From assembly GCF_006345805.1 (NCBI RefSeq), contig NC_043022.1:7936001-8000000 (forward strand): a stretch of 64,000 nucleotides of DNA. Direction: 5' to 3'. The number at the start of each line of letters is the position of its first letter. Positions within the stretch are counted from its first letter, which is position 1. The notes under the pieces were generated by a model. It had not been told where the DNA came from. It saw only the letters and a program-made list of their open reading frames with translations, and searched no databases. The DNA is from Octopus sinensis. Taxonomy: Eukaryota. Both the position numbers and the translations under genes were made by a program. This document shows, in pieces, positions 37,876-50,432 of this stretch.

Positions 37876-38750
37876 GTATAACAAAAACCATTTGAAACCT
37901 TCATTACCAGTCTATGTAATGTTCATTTGTATAGGTATGTGGCTATTAGTTGAGTCTATCATGAAAATGAGTTCACTATATTCCTTTGGCAAAAAAAAAT
38001 TAGGTGGCTTCTTCTACATGGTAGCTATGGCAAAAATACTTGTGTTATATCCATTTGAACGGTTTTAGAAGAGTGCTTTTCCTCTCGGAGCAAACTCTCA
38101 TCACACTTTGATTTTCAGGATACTCTCCCAAATATGATTTTTATTTATTCACACAGTTTTGAATTATGTCATGGCTTTGAGATATTGGTCTCAAATTTTG
38201 GTAAAACACCAGCAAGATTGAGAAAGGGGAAAAGTCATTTACTGTGACCCCAATGTTCAACTTGTAGTTATTTCATTGACCCCCCCCCCAAAAAAAAGAT
38301 GTGTGCTAACGATTCAGTCAGTTTGCCATCTTATAGCTAGAATGACATTGTAGGGTAGGTGTTAGAGCCTGGATCTAATCAGTTTGAACATAAAAAAGGT
38401 TGAAGAATTGAGCCAGATATTGTTGATTTGCATGGTTTGATTGTTTATTTTTTGAATGACATTGCAGGGTAGGTGCAAGAAGCCAAATTTGGTCAGTTTG
38501 AACATAAAGCAGCTAGAATACGTGAGCCAGATATTACCAGTTTGAATGCATTATCTCAAAGCTTTGAAATTTCAATAATGTAATAGTTTATTTTCAGAAT
38601 GACATTGATTGGTAAATGTGAGAGGCTTGATTCAGTCAGTTTGAACATAAAACAGGTTGAATATTTGTGCTGGATATGATCAGAGGGAAATGGTATCCTC
38701 CTATGAATGTTTGAAAAAAATGGGTGAGAGTGCAGTACTGGTGTTGATGC

Positions 38751-38791
<41 letters not shown>

Positions 38792-38795
38792 CAAC

Positions 38796-38945
38796 ATCGA
38801 AATATACCTTAGGAATGAGAACCCAGGTTCGAAATTTCCCCAAGACACCTGATGAAGGCTGGAGGTGTATATCAGCCGAAACCTTGTGTTAACAACAAAC
38901 AAGATGAGGACAAATATCCGTCAATTGTAAATAATGTAAATAATG
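38796..38945 (+). mobile_element. Headless second copy of the hammerhead-tailed element
   Basis: GACAC CTGATGA A GGCTG-GAGGTGTATAT-CAGCC GAAA CCTT GTGTT at 38844-38890, preceded by (AAT)n. Confidence 0.85.
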
Positions 38946-38964
38946 AACTCTACCTTCTTCATGT

Positions 38965-39270
38965 GAAAGTGCATGACTTAGTGGTTAGAGAATTTGGCTC
39001 TGAGTCATAAGGTTTCATTCCTGGCTGTGTGGCATGTCCTTCGGCAAGATGTTTCACTTTGCTCCAGTTCACTCAGCTGACAAAAATGAATAGTAGCTGT
39101 ATTTCAAAAGGCTAACCTTGTCATCCTCTGTCACACTGAATCTCCTTGAGAACTACATTAAGGGTACCTGTATCTGTGGAGTACTCAGCCATTTGCACAT
39201 TAATTTCATGAGCAGGCTGTTCTGTTGATCAGATCAACTGGATCCCTTGACATCATAACCAACAGAGTGC
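38965..39270 (+). mobile_element. CORE-like SINE (family D-related)
   Basis: TGACTTAGTGGTTAG head, ..CTCCAGTTCACTCAGCTG.. middle. Confidence 0.65.
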
Positions 39271-39280
39271 CTTATGCATA

Positions 39281-40190
39281 CATGTGAAGAAGTACCCAAA
39301 AGTAACTGAAAATGTTTTCTGTGGGACAAGCCCTTTGTAGCTCAAGCTTCCACCACTAGAAGTCATTTGATGTGACCCTCGAGCATCAGTTTGTCAACTA
39401 GCATCATTGTTTGATGTCATGCTGCAATGTCATGCATCTTTGTTTTGCAGCGCTTCTCCCCTGTTATTCAAATTTTGCAGTGTCTGAAATGAGGAAACGG
39501 CATGTGTCTGCAAAATTCTGTTTTCTGCTGGGGAAAACGGCGACCAAAACAGTTGTCAGGCTTCAAACAGCTTACAATGATGCTGCCATGAGCAAAATGC
39601 AAGTTTATGAGTAGTTTTAATACTTTAGGAATGGTTCCTTGTCGCCTGAAAACCAACCTCATTCAGGTCGACTGTTGACCTGAACGAATGAGAACATCAT
39701 GAAAATTCATGAACTGATCTTGGAAGACTGTTACCAAACAATTGTCAAACTTGTTGATATGACTGGTGTGTCCTGGAGATTCTGCCAACGAATTTTGAGT
39801 GAGGAATTGTGAATGAAAAGATTTGCAGCAAAATTTGTGCCTGACTTGCTCATGGAGGATCAAAAGCAGTCACAACTGAATGTGTCGTGAACTGAAAAAA
39901 AACAGTTAGATGTTGATCTGGATCTTTTTTCAAAGGTCATCACTGGTGACGAAAGTTGACGCTACAGAATTTGCAGATGTGGAAGAGGTGAAGAAAAGAA
40001 TGACAGTGGCGTTAGAAGGCATGACTTCACAAGAGTTCCAGCACTGCTTCAAATAATGGAAAACACATCTGAAACGATGCATTGGTTCAAATGGAGAATA
40101 CTTTGAAGGTGATAAAAGTGTAAACATGTAAAACTAAGTGAAAAAAAAAATAACATTGCAAAATTCTGGTTTCTTTTGGGTACCCCCTCA
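39281..40190 (+). mobile_element. Internally deleted mariner derivative, copy 1
   Basis: Right TIR ..TTCTTTTGGGTACCCCCTCA followed by TA; KFCFLLGKTATKTV N-terminus; VITGDES joined directly to RFADVEEVK. Confidence 0.85.
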
Positions 40191-40583
40191 TACAGTCACC
40201 AGTAATTGTTCAAGTCAGACGAATGTCTAATATGGTTAAAAATCTACCAGGGTCAATAGCTCTATACACTGTATAAACCTTTGTGGAGAAGGCAATTTTT
40301 CTAGGAGAAAGATATTTGGATGTAAAATTAGTACCACTCGTCTTGCAATGCTTGGTGACTGAGAGAGTGGCAAAAGTGTTGCACAAGCTTTTGTCACTGA
40401 AATCTAATGACGTACAGATGTCTCGCTGTCAATTCATTTCTTGATCTATTTTATATTTTATAAAGTTCTGTGATGATGGATGATTATAACAAGTGATGTT
40501 TGACATGGGCAAGGATGAAAGCAAATCAGAACAATCACATTGAAAGTAAGATCCCTATCATCTGATAAGATGAGACAATTATA

Positions 40584-40650
<67 letters not shown>

Positions 40651-40917
40651 TTTAGATATCTCTCAAAGGAAAAGGAAATTCTGAAATAACACCTGCCTCA
40701 TTTGCGAAGCTGGAGATCTTGCTTTTGCTTGCTCCTGGACTACTCAGCTTTGTAGATGAGACCATTAGCAATGCTGTGCAAGCTGCTATTCACTTTAAAT
40801 TTCAGCCCTGGCATTGCTGGCAGCTGTTGTCATTCACATCTAGGTCAAGATAATTTGTCAGAGATGAGCCAGACTTGTTTGAATTGACAGTCATCATGTG
40901 TATGTGTGTGTGTGTTA

Positions 40918-41811
40918 CAAGGGGTCACTCAAAAGTAACCAGAAATATTCTCTGTGGTTCAAGCCTGTTGTATTTCAGGTTTCTGCTGCTAGAAGCCACT
41001 TGATGTGACCCTTAGGAATCAGCGGTGTTGGTGAGGTTGTGCTGCCATGTGGTGCTTTTTTGCTTTGCAGTGCTTCTCCCCTGTTTGTTGGTTTTTGCGA
41101 TGGCTGAAATGAAGGAACAGTGTGCTTCCATGAAATTCTGTTTCCTGCTGTGGAAAACAGCAGCCAAAACAGTTGTCAGGCTTCAAACAGCTTACAAGGA
41201 TTCTGCTATCAGCAAAACACAAGTTTATGACTGGTTTTCACACTTTAGGAATGGTCACTTGTCGCTTCAAGACCAACCTTGTTCAGGGCAACTGTCGACC
41301 TCCTGAACGAATGAAAACATTATGAAAATTCATGAACTGATCTTGGAGGATGGCACCGAACAAGGGACGAACTTGTTGACATGACTGGTGTGTCATGGAG
41401 CTCCTTTCAACAAATTTTGTGTAAGGAATTGCGAGTTAAAAGTGTTGCAGCAAAATTTGTGCCGTGCTTGCTCATGGAAGATTAAAAGCAGTCATGTCTG
41501 AATGAGAGTTGTGAACTAAAAAAACAGTTGGAAGTTGATTTGGACCTTTTTTCAAAGGTCATCGCTGGTGATGAAAGCTGGTGCTACAGAATTTGCAGAT
41601 GTGGAAGAGGTGAAGAAAAAAATGATGGCAGTGTTAAAAGGCATCACTTTGCAAGGATTCTAGCTCTGCTTTAAATTGTGGTAAATATGTGTGGACCGAT
41701 GCAGTGCTTTAAATGGAGAATATTTTGAGGGTAATAAAAGTATAAACATATGAAACTAAGAGAATAAAATAATAGTGTAAAATTCTGGTTTCTTTTGGGT
41801 TCCCCCTCATG
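40918..41811 (+). mobile_element. Internally deleted mariner derivative, copy 2
   Basis: TIRs CAAGGGGTCACTCAAAAGTAACCAGAA / TTCTGGTTTCTTTTGGGTTCCCCCTCA; same internal junction as copy 1. Confidence 0.85.
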
Positions 41812-41989
41812 TATATATGTGTTTCTCTTCTGTTTTTAGTGCAATAAATTCTTCCTCTGAAGAAGGACCTAGTTTCTAACAAAGATACAAAACTCCTCTG
41901 TTGAAATGTAGACAGCAAAATCAATGTCACATTTTTGACTTAAGGAAAGTCTTGTAAATTTTTATTGTTCCACTTAGAGATTGTATTTA

Positions 41990-42700
41990 ATGTATGTGTC
42001 AATTGATTGATTTCTTTTCCTGTAAACCATAACTCATCCAGATTATCACTTAAGCATTCCTCCACAAAATCAAGTGCACCAATTATTGATATAAATGTAA
42101 CTTTATAACCTGGAAATAGAAGCTGGACGTTTCAAAGCAGTTCTTCATCACTATCCTCTTTCCATTTGATTTCCAAAGAGATATTCACACCAAAAGGACA
42201 GCTGACTTCTATGGTGGTACATACTTTTGCTTGTCTGTTCTATACAACAGTATCTGGCCCATTATGTTTACACTTGACAGATATTTCGATGGGAATGTTG
42301 CACCAATATTTCTTTCTCTGATGTTTGTGGGATTTTACTGTATTTATTCCAGGACAGTTTTTTTTTTCCAAATGACAATGTATATTGTTTTTGTGACTAT
42401 CTCATGTCACATGGGGAGGTAGGACCTTGATGACATTTATGGAGAGCGGCTAATCATGTGTGTGATGTCTTCTACAGAAATATGAAATGATCTACACTTA
42501 CAGTTGCATGTTGGAACTCCAAAAGCTTCACTGTCTCTTATGTTTATTTGGTATTTAGTAGTTTAGTAACGATCTCTAATGCTTGGACTGCAAATGCATA
42601 GCCTTCAAAGTGTGATGTGATGTCGTGGTCAGGAGTCCAAGAGAGGCTTCATTTCATGTTGATATTACTGTCATCTTCAAGTCTTCATACATATATATAT
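41990..42700 (-). mobile_element. Degenerate R4/Dong-like RLE LINE fragment (different subfamily)
   Basis: Minus frames: SHFEGYAFAVQALEIVTKLL, VEDITHMISRSP-MSSRSYLPM-HEIV, LLFPGYKVTFISIIGAL. Confidence 0.65.
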
Positions 42701-42850
42701 ATATAAAAACATATATATGATTTAGCTGATGAATACTTGACATTATATTTGCTGTAATATTTGCAGCTTGAAATAAAATGTTTTTAGTATGAAACAATTG
42801 TACTAATCTACCGATCCATTCTTGTTGCTTTTTTCTTGGTTACATATATC

Positions 42851-43049
42851 TCTTTTACTCTTTTACTTGTTTCAGTCATTTGACTGTGGCCATGCTGGAG
42901 CACCGCCTTTAGTCGAGCAAATCGACCCCAAGACTTATTCTTTGTAAGCCCAGTACTTATTCAATCGGTCTCTTTTTTTTTGCCGAACCGCTAAGTGACG
43001 GGGACGTAAACACACCAGCATCGGTTGTTAAGCAATGCTAGGGGGACAA

Positions 43050-43114
<65 letters not shown>

Positions 43115-43270
43115 ACAGGCTTCTTTCAGTTTCCGTCTACCAAATCCACTCACAAGGCATTGGTCGGCCCGGGGCTATAGCAGAAGACACTTGCCCAAGA
43201 TGCCACGCAGTGGGACTGAACCCGGAACCATGTGGTTGGTTAGCAAGCTACTTACCACACAGCCACTCCT
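42851..43270 (-). mobile_element. Near-consensus full SINE family A copy
   Basis: Head ..GTGGCTGTGTGGTAAG..GGTTCCGGGTTCAGTCCCACTGCG, CORE-like TCTTGGGCAAGTGTCTTCT, internal (TA)n, tail ..GAAACAAGTAAAAGAGTAAAAGAG. Confidence 0.92.
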
Positions 43271-43598
43271 TTATACATATATATATATGTATAAATTAGA
43301 AAAAATCAAATTATACCATTTAGAAAAATTACATCATATAGAAAGATTAAATATAATATAAAACATACACCAATGATTAAGTAATGTGCAAAATAATAAA
43401 TAAAACGTATATATTTGGTAGAATAACTACACGTTTCGTGGCTATATTTAAGAAATGATAATAGTAAAATCACTTCAATATAAATATAGTCACTCTTATA
43501 TGTTACTACTATTATAGTAGGCTTTCCATATTTTGTGAAATTTGATTTAGTATTTCTAAATTGAATTTTTCCCTGTAAGTTTGGAATAATATTCCCTC

Positions 43599-43659
<61 letters not shown>

Positions 43660-43782
43660 GTATATGGGGGCAGGTATAGCTGTGTGGTTGAGGACTTCAT
43701 TTTATAACCACAGGATTTCAGGGTTAGTCCTACAGAGTGGAAACTGTGTGGAAGCCTGTCACATTATACTCTTTTTCTTTTA

Positions 43783-44133
43783 CTCTTTTACTTGTTTCAG
43801 TCATTTGATTGTGGCCATGCATGCTGGAGCACTGCCTTTAGTCAAACAAATCGACCCCAGGACTTATTCTTTGTAAGCCCAGTACTTATTCTATTGGTCT
43901 CTTTTTGCTGAATCGCTAAGTTATGGGGACATAAACACACAAACATATACATAGATACATATGTGCATATACGATGGGCTTCTTTCAGTTTCCGCCTACC
44001 AAATCCACTCACAAGGCTTTGGTCAGCCTGAGGCTATATTGGAAGACACTTGCCTAAGGTGCTACGCAGTGGAACTGAACCTGGAACCATGTGGTTGGGA
44101 AGCAAGCTTCTTACCACACAACCATGCCTGCAC
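43783..44133 (-). mobile_element. SINE family A copy
   Basis: Collinear with 42851-43270. Confidence 0.88.
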
Positions 44134-44310
44134 CTATATTATATATATATAATTTTAAATAATATTATATATATAATATGACAGGCTTCCACACAGTTTC
44201 CATTTTGTGGGCCCAACTGTGAAATCCTGTGGTTAGAAAGTGAAGTTCTTGACCACACACCTATACCTGCACCCACATACATACATGTATGTATGTATAT
44301 ATAAATTTAC

Positions 44311-44377
<67 letters not shown>

Positions 44378-44378
<1 letters not shown>

Positions 44379-45667
44379 GAGGGACGTTCAATAAGTAATG
44401 CCTCTGACCCACTTGCAGTTGTTTGATCTAGCTTAAATTTTGCATGTGCAATCATTTATATCTCTATAGAGTAAGTGGCAAATTACAGCTCTGAATTAAT
44501 TGTGGTTTCTGATTTACAGGTGTTTGAACCGAGTCAAGTGTGAAATGGAACCTGTTGAGTGTCGAGCAGTGATCCGGTTTTTGTATTTGAAAGGACGCAC
44601 ACCACAGGAGACTTTTGATGAAATGAAAGTAACTTATGGTGATGATGCCCCATCATATGACCTTGTAAAACGCTGGCATCGTGAACTCAAACATGGTTGG
44701 AACTCTGTGGAAACAGCTCTCAGATCTGGTCGCCCCCTTCTGCCATTGATGAGGCATCTGTCCGTCAAGTTGAGGCTGCCATTTTGGAAGATCGACGCAT
44801 AATTATTCGCCAAATAGCCCATGAGGTCAAGATTAGTACCGGGTCTGTGGAAACTATCATTCATGACCATTTGCATATGCAAAAGGTGTCTGCCAGATGG
44901 ATTCCCAGATTGCTCACGCCTTTCCAGAAGCAAGAACGCGTCGAGTGCTCGAGGGTGAATTTGGAGATGTGCCAAGAAGATGAGTCAAAATTTTTCAAAA
45001 GACTGATTACACAGGATGAAACCTGGGTCCATCACGATGATCCAGAGACCAAATCCCAGTCAATGCAGTGGAAGCACCGTGACTCACCCCCTCCAAAGAA
45101 GGCAAGGGTGCAGCCCTCCGCTGGCAAGGTCATGCTCACAGTCTTCTGGGACCAGGACGGAGTAGTGATGACAGATTTCCTGGCAAAGGGTACCACAATT
45201 GCAGGAGCCTATTATGCTTCACTTTTGAGGAAATTAAGAGAAGTTATCAAAATCAAGAGGCGGGGCAAGATCAGCAAAGGCATCCTTCTCCTGCAGGACA
45301 ACGCTCCGGTCCACAACTCGCTTGTCGCCAGATCGGAAGCACAGGCGTATGGCTATGAACTCCTCCCCATCCCCCTACTTTCCTGACCTTGCACCCTCTG
45401 ATTTTCACCTCTTCCCAATCATCAAGTTGTTTTTGAAAGGAAAGCGTTTCCCAGATGATGCAGCCTTGATTTCTGAAGTCACGTTGAGGTTGGAGGACCA
45501 AGCTGGGTTCTTCTACAAAAACGGTCTCCAGAGCCGAATTAAACGATGGGAGAAATGCGTAACTCTGGGTGGTTCCTATGTAGAAAAAGACTAATAACTG
45601 TGCCAAGTTTTGTTGCTCTACTGCTATGGGAAGTGGGTCAGGGGCATTACTTATTGAATGCCCCTCG
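44378..45667 (+). mobile_element. Full-length mariner (DD34D), transposase 44545-45594 broken by two frameshifts
   Basis: TA on both sides; TIRs CGAGGGACGTTCAATAAGTAATGCC / GGCATTACTTATTGAATGCCCCTCG; WIPRLL, TQDETW, LQDNA, PDLAPSDFHLF. Confidence 0.95.
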
Positions 45668-45719
45668 TATATATATATATATATGTATACATGTATATAT
45701 ATCTATCTATCTATCTACT

Positions 45720-45772
<53 letters not shown>

Positions 45773-46028
45773 TATACATCAGTGTTGGTTTGTTTGCATC
45801 CAATAGAATGAGTACCAGACTGGAAATTAAGTACTGAGGTCTACTTGTTTGACTAAGCCCTTCAAGGCAATATCCCGGCATAGTTCCAGTCCAATAAATG
45901 AAGTAGAAGAAAAATGTGTGTGTGTGTGTGTGTGTCTATATTTTTGCATATATGTTTTTTCTGTATGTACATAGCACACATACATAAGTATAAAAAATAC
46001 ATCTAAATGTTTATGGACTTCAGTATTG

Positions 46029-46060
<32 letters not shown>

Positions 46061-46479
46061 TGACACACCCAAACTTAAATAAATTACACGAACAGATAAA
46101 ATACTAATTCATGCATACAAACACATTCCCCCCCCCCACACACACACACACACTTCTCAAATACATATTATTTACATACCGACAGACAGACAGACAGACT
46201 GACAGACAGACAGACAGACAAAACACATACACAAGCATAGAATTACTGCACAGACTGAGACGCATTTTAATAGGCAGACGACATACAGTAACACGCAAAC
46301 AAGCAAATCATCTTAGACGCAGACTGACTCTCAAGCAAACACACACATACACTCACACAGGCATGGAGACTGATTCACCAATTTGCATAGTTTAACAGAG
46401 AATGGTATTTAAAAAAAAGTTAAAAGGCTTTTTCACATCACTAAATATAATAAAGAAAAAGATATGCATTTATACATAC

Positions 46480-46608
46480 ATACACACAAACACACACACA
46501 CACACATATATATATACACACATATAGACACTTTCACATGCATACACATTATATGCAAATTAATATTGTTATTATTATCATCATCATATTAAAAGTATGT
46601 ATTTATGT

Positions 46609-46646
<38 letters not shown>

Positions 46647-46875
46647 TCATACACAAGCATGCATACACACATTGTTATATATGTGCGTGATATGCAAGTG
46701 TGTTTATATATATAGATATATATGTTTGTGTGCATGTGTGTGTGTGTGAGTGCGTGTGTATTTAGAATATATATCAGATGTATATATGTATATAATATGT
46801 ATATATATTCATGTCTATATATACTTATACATGTCTATATACATACATATATATATATATTATATATATATATAT

Positions 46876-46908
<33 letters not shown>

Positions 46909-46919
46909 CATATATATAT

Positions 46920-46972
<53 letters not shown>

Positions 46973-47447
46973 CACATATGTATATGTACACATATATACA
47001 TATATATTAATACTAATTTATAAGTATACATACACAGACAATACAAATTGTGTGTGTATGTATATATTTGTGTATAGGTATGTGTGTATTCGTATATGAG
47101 AGGGCTTTTCTTTACAGCTAGACTACGGCTACCATTACCACTACCAACACCACCACTGACAACGACAACGATAATCACAACAACAACAACACCAGAAGCA
47201 TTATATTTAATCCAATATTTCCTCTTTCAATTGCTTAATCTTTCTTCCCCCTCATTTAATCCTTATCATGTATTAAGATTACAATTTAAAAGCTAAAATT
47301 TTCGATAATTCCTTTTTAAATATTTGGAAAATATTAATATATACAACACATATATACATACATATGTATGTGTGTGTGTGTGTGTGTATAAATATATATA
47401 CATATACATACACACGCACCCACATCTATATAAATGTATATGTATGG

Positions 47448-47483
<36 letters not shown>

Positions 47484-47650
47484 GTATATATTTATGCAGA
47501 CACATATACACATACATATATACATTCATGTATACATATACATACATATGTAAGTAAGTATGTATGTGTGTATATATGCATGTATGTGTGCATTCATGTA
47601 CATATGTATGTCTCTACATATATATGTATGTATGCATGTATGTATATGCT

Positions 47651-47705
<55 letters not shown>

Positions 47706-47910
47706 TGTCCTTGCTGATGATGTTTCTTTTGTTAGTTTTTTTTGTCAAACTTTTAAAATTTTTATTCTTTAATCTTTTTTAAATTTTATATTTTTGGCAT
47801 CTGTTCTGATTTTTAAAATATTTTTCGTCTCAATTTTTATGCTTATTTTTTCTACACACACACATATATATACATATATATGTACATACGTACATGCATG
47901 CATACATACA

Positions 47911-47942
<32 letters not shown>

Positions 47943-48012
47943 GATATGTGTGGGTGTATGTCTCTGTGTGTATATATATGTGTGGGTGTATGTTTGTGTA
48001 TATGTATGTGTG

Positions 48013-48050
<38 letters not shown>

Positions 48051-48113
48051 TGTATCAAACTTATTTCTGACCATAAAATATAATCTTCATCATCATCTTC
48101 ATCATCTTCAATA

Positions 48114-48165
<52 letters not shown>

Positions 48166-48420
48166 GCTACTACCACCATATTGTGCCACTGCTAGTGCCA
48201 CCGGTGCCGCTGCTGCCACCACCTCTACTACTATTATTACTAACACTACTACTACTTCTACTACCACCACCACCACCACCACCACCACCACCACATTGTT
48301 CCACCGTTGCTGCCACCACCATCACTACTACTACTACAACTACTACCACAACTACTACTACTACCACCACTGTTGCTATTGTTATTTTTCAGCTATGGCA
48401 ACATGAAAATTGAGAGATAA
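46480..48420. repeat. (TA)n/(CA)n/(CTA)n/(CCA)n microsatellite region
   Basis: Direct reading. Confidence 0.9.
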
Positions 48421-48714
48421 AATGTTTTTGAAGTACAAATTTATTGCTTTCACAATACTGCTTAAAGATTGATATAAATTTATACTTTGATAGTTAAATA
48501 ACGACAACAACCACAACAACAACAACAACATCAACAGCAACATTACATCTACACATACGTATATATATATATATACCTATACATACATACATATATATAT
48601 ATGTGTTTGTGTGTGTAGTAAATAGAAACCCATATATATTTATGTATGCAAGCGAACATACACATACATGTATGTACATACATGCATATACATAAACATA
48701 CATACATACATGCA

Positions 48715-48748
<34 letters not shown>

Positions 48749-49314
48749 TCATCATCATCATTGTTTTAATGTCCACTTTTTCATGCGCTTGTGTGGTCAA
48801 ATGGAATTTTGCTGAGGCAGATTTTCTGTGGCCTGATGTTCTTCCAGTTGCCAACCCTCACCTGCTTCCAGGACCAGACATGTTTTCATGGCAGACTGGA
48901 AACAAAGGACACGACTTGAATGATGGTGACACTTGTTTACAACTATCATACAATGTTAAGGCAAGGGACAGTGACAAGCATATGCGCATACACACACACA
49001 AGCACATGCACACACACACATATATACATATATGTATATGTATACATACGTGCGTATATATATATATATATATAATTAATCAATATAGGGTGGCAAATAA
49101 ATTTTGTAGAATTTTTTTGCCACCAGCGGCCTAGTGGGAAAAATATATTGATTAATTATGAATTTTCTGGTTAATTCCGTAATGGAATCGGCGGCTTATA
49201 TTTATTTGCTGCCGATAAATTTGGCGCGAGTGCGATGATTTGAAAATTTTAGGTCAGATATTGCCGAGGCAGGGACGGGAATGCCTCGTGAAAAATATCT
49301 GTTCCGACTTGGCT

Positions 49315-49421
49315 ATTTCTTACTGATGAATCTGGGGGCCTATGGTGGATTGGCTTGATTTAATTTAATCAGGTTAGTTTACCATTAAACAGTAGATGAA
49401 ACGGTGCATCGTATAAGAAAT
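49315..49421 (+). ncRNA. Apparently intact type I hammerhead ribozyme with extended helix II
   Basis: Helix I ATTTCTTA/TAAGAAAT (8 bp); CTGATGA 49323-29; ATCT/AGAT plus a 19-bp stem with 6 G.U pairs; GAAA 49398-401; helix III ACGG/TCGT; GUA triplet with cleavage after 49413. Confidence 0.8.
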
Positions 49422-49562
49422 TACAGGGTAAATGTTTTTTAATTTTCTCCTGGTTTACGGAATTGATGTTATTTTGCGGTTTAAGCTTTTGGCTGTTATT
49501 TCTAGTGGGTGAATGGCCTATTATGGCCGTTCCTTGATTGTGATATATATATATATATATAT

Positions 49563-49692
<130 letters not shown>

Positions 49693-49889
49693 ATATATAT
49701 ACATATATACAATTATATAATATATACATTCATATGTACATTGTGTTTGAGTGTGTGTGTATATATATATATATACATTTTTTTTATCTCATTACGAAAA
49801 AATATTTTTTATATACTCACGCTGATATATGTCCTACATTGGACCAACCCCTTTTTCACATAATCACCAAACCTGGAACTTAACTATAG

Positions 49890-50432
49890 CACTTATTCAG
49901 CATTACCTGATTTCATTGCGCAATATTTTAATAAGGAAAAGCAATAGAAAACTCCAGCTGAGTCACAAGTATTTACTCACAATCAACTTTTATTTTCTGT
50001 CTTACAAGTGTTCAATGTGGCCACCACCTGCAGCACAGGCAACATCAATGTGATAAGAGAATCCTTCCCAGATGCGTATCAGCATATCATGAACCACTGG
50101 GTACTTCTTTGGCTGTCTGGTTGAATGCTTTATCAAAGTTTTCCCATTTCCATTCTATGTTAATATCTTCTGGAATCACCTCAAGCAAAGCAAATTTATT
50201 CTTTAGTTCCATAATGAACTTGGTTTTGATATGCAGAAATGCATCTGGGAGGAATTCTGTTATTGCATTGATGTTGCCTGTGCTTCACATAGTGGCCACG
50301 TTGAACACTTGTAAGACAGGAAATAAAAGTTGATTGTGAGTAAATACTTGTGACTTAGCTGGAGTTTTCTATTGCCTTTCCTTATTAAAATATTGTGTAA
50401 TGAAACCAGTTCATTCTTTTTGAATAGCCCTG
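49890..50432 (-). mobile_element. Non-autonomous Tc1/mariner-type element with 114-bp inverted arms
   Basis: 49911-50024 is inverted at 50292-50405; right end ..GAATAGCCCTG followed by TA; interior resembles a Tc1 C-terminus. Confidence 0.7.

Noticed and set aside
41850-41920. CTGAAGA-AGGA..TCCT..GAAA
   Set aside because: Five extra bases between the stem and GAAA, and no helix I.
42725-42785. CTGATGA..GAAA
   Set aside because: No closing helix II or helix I pairing.
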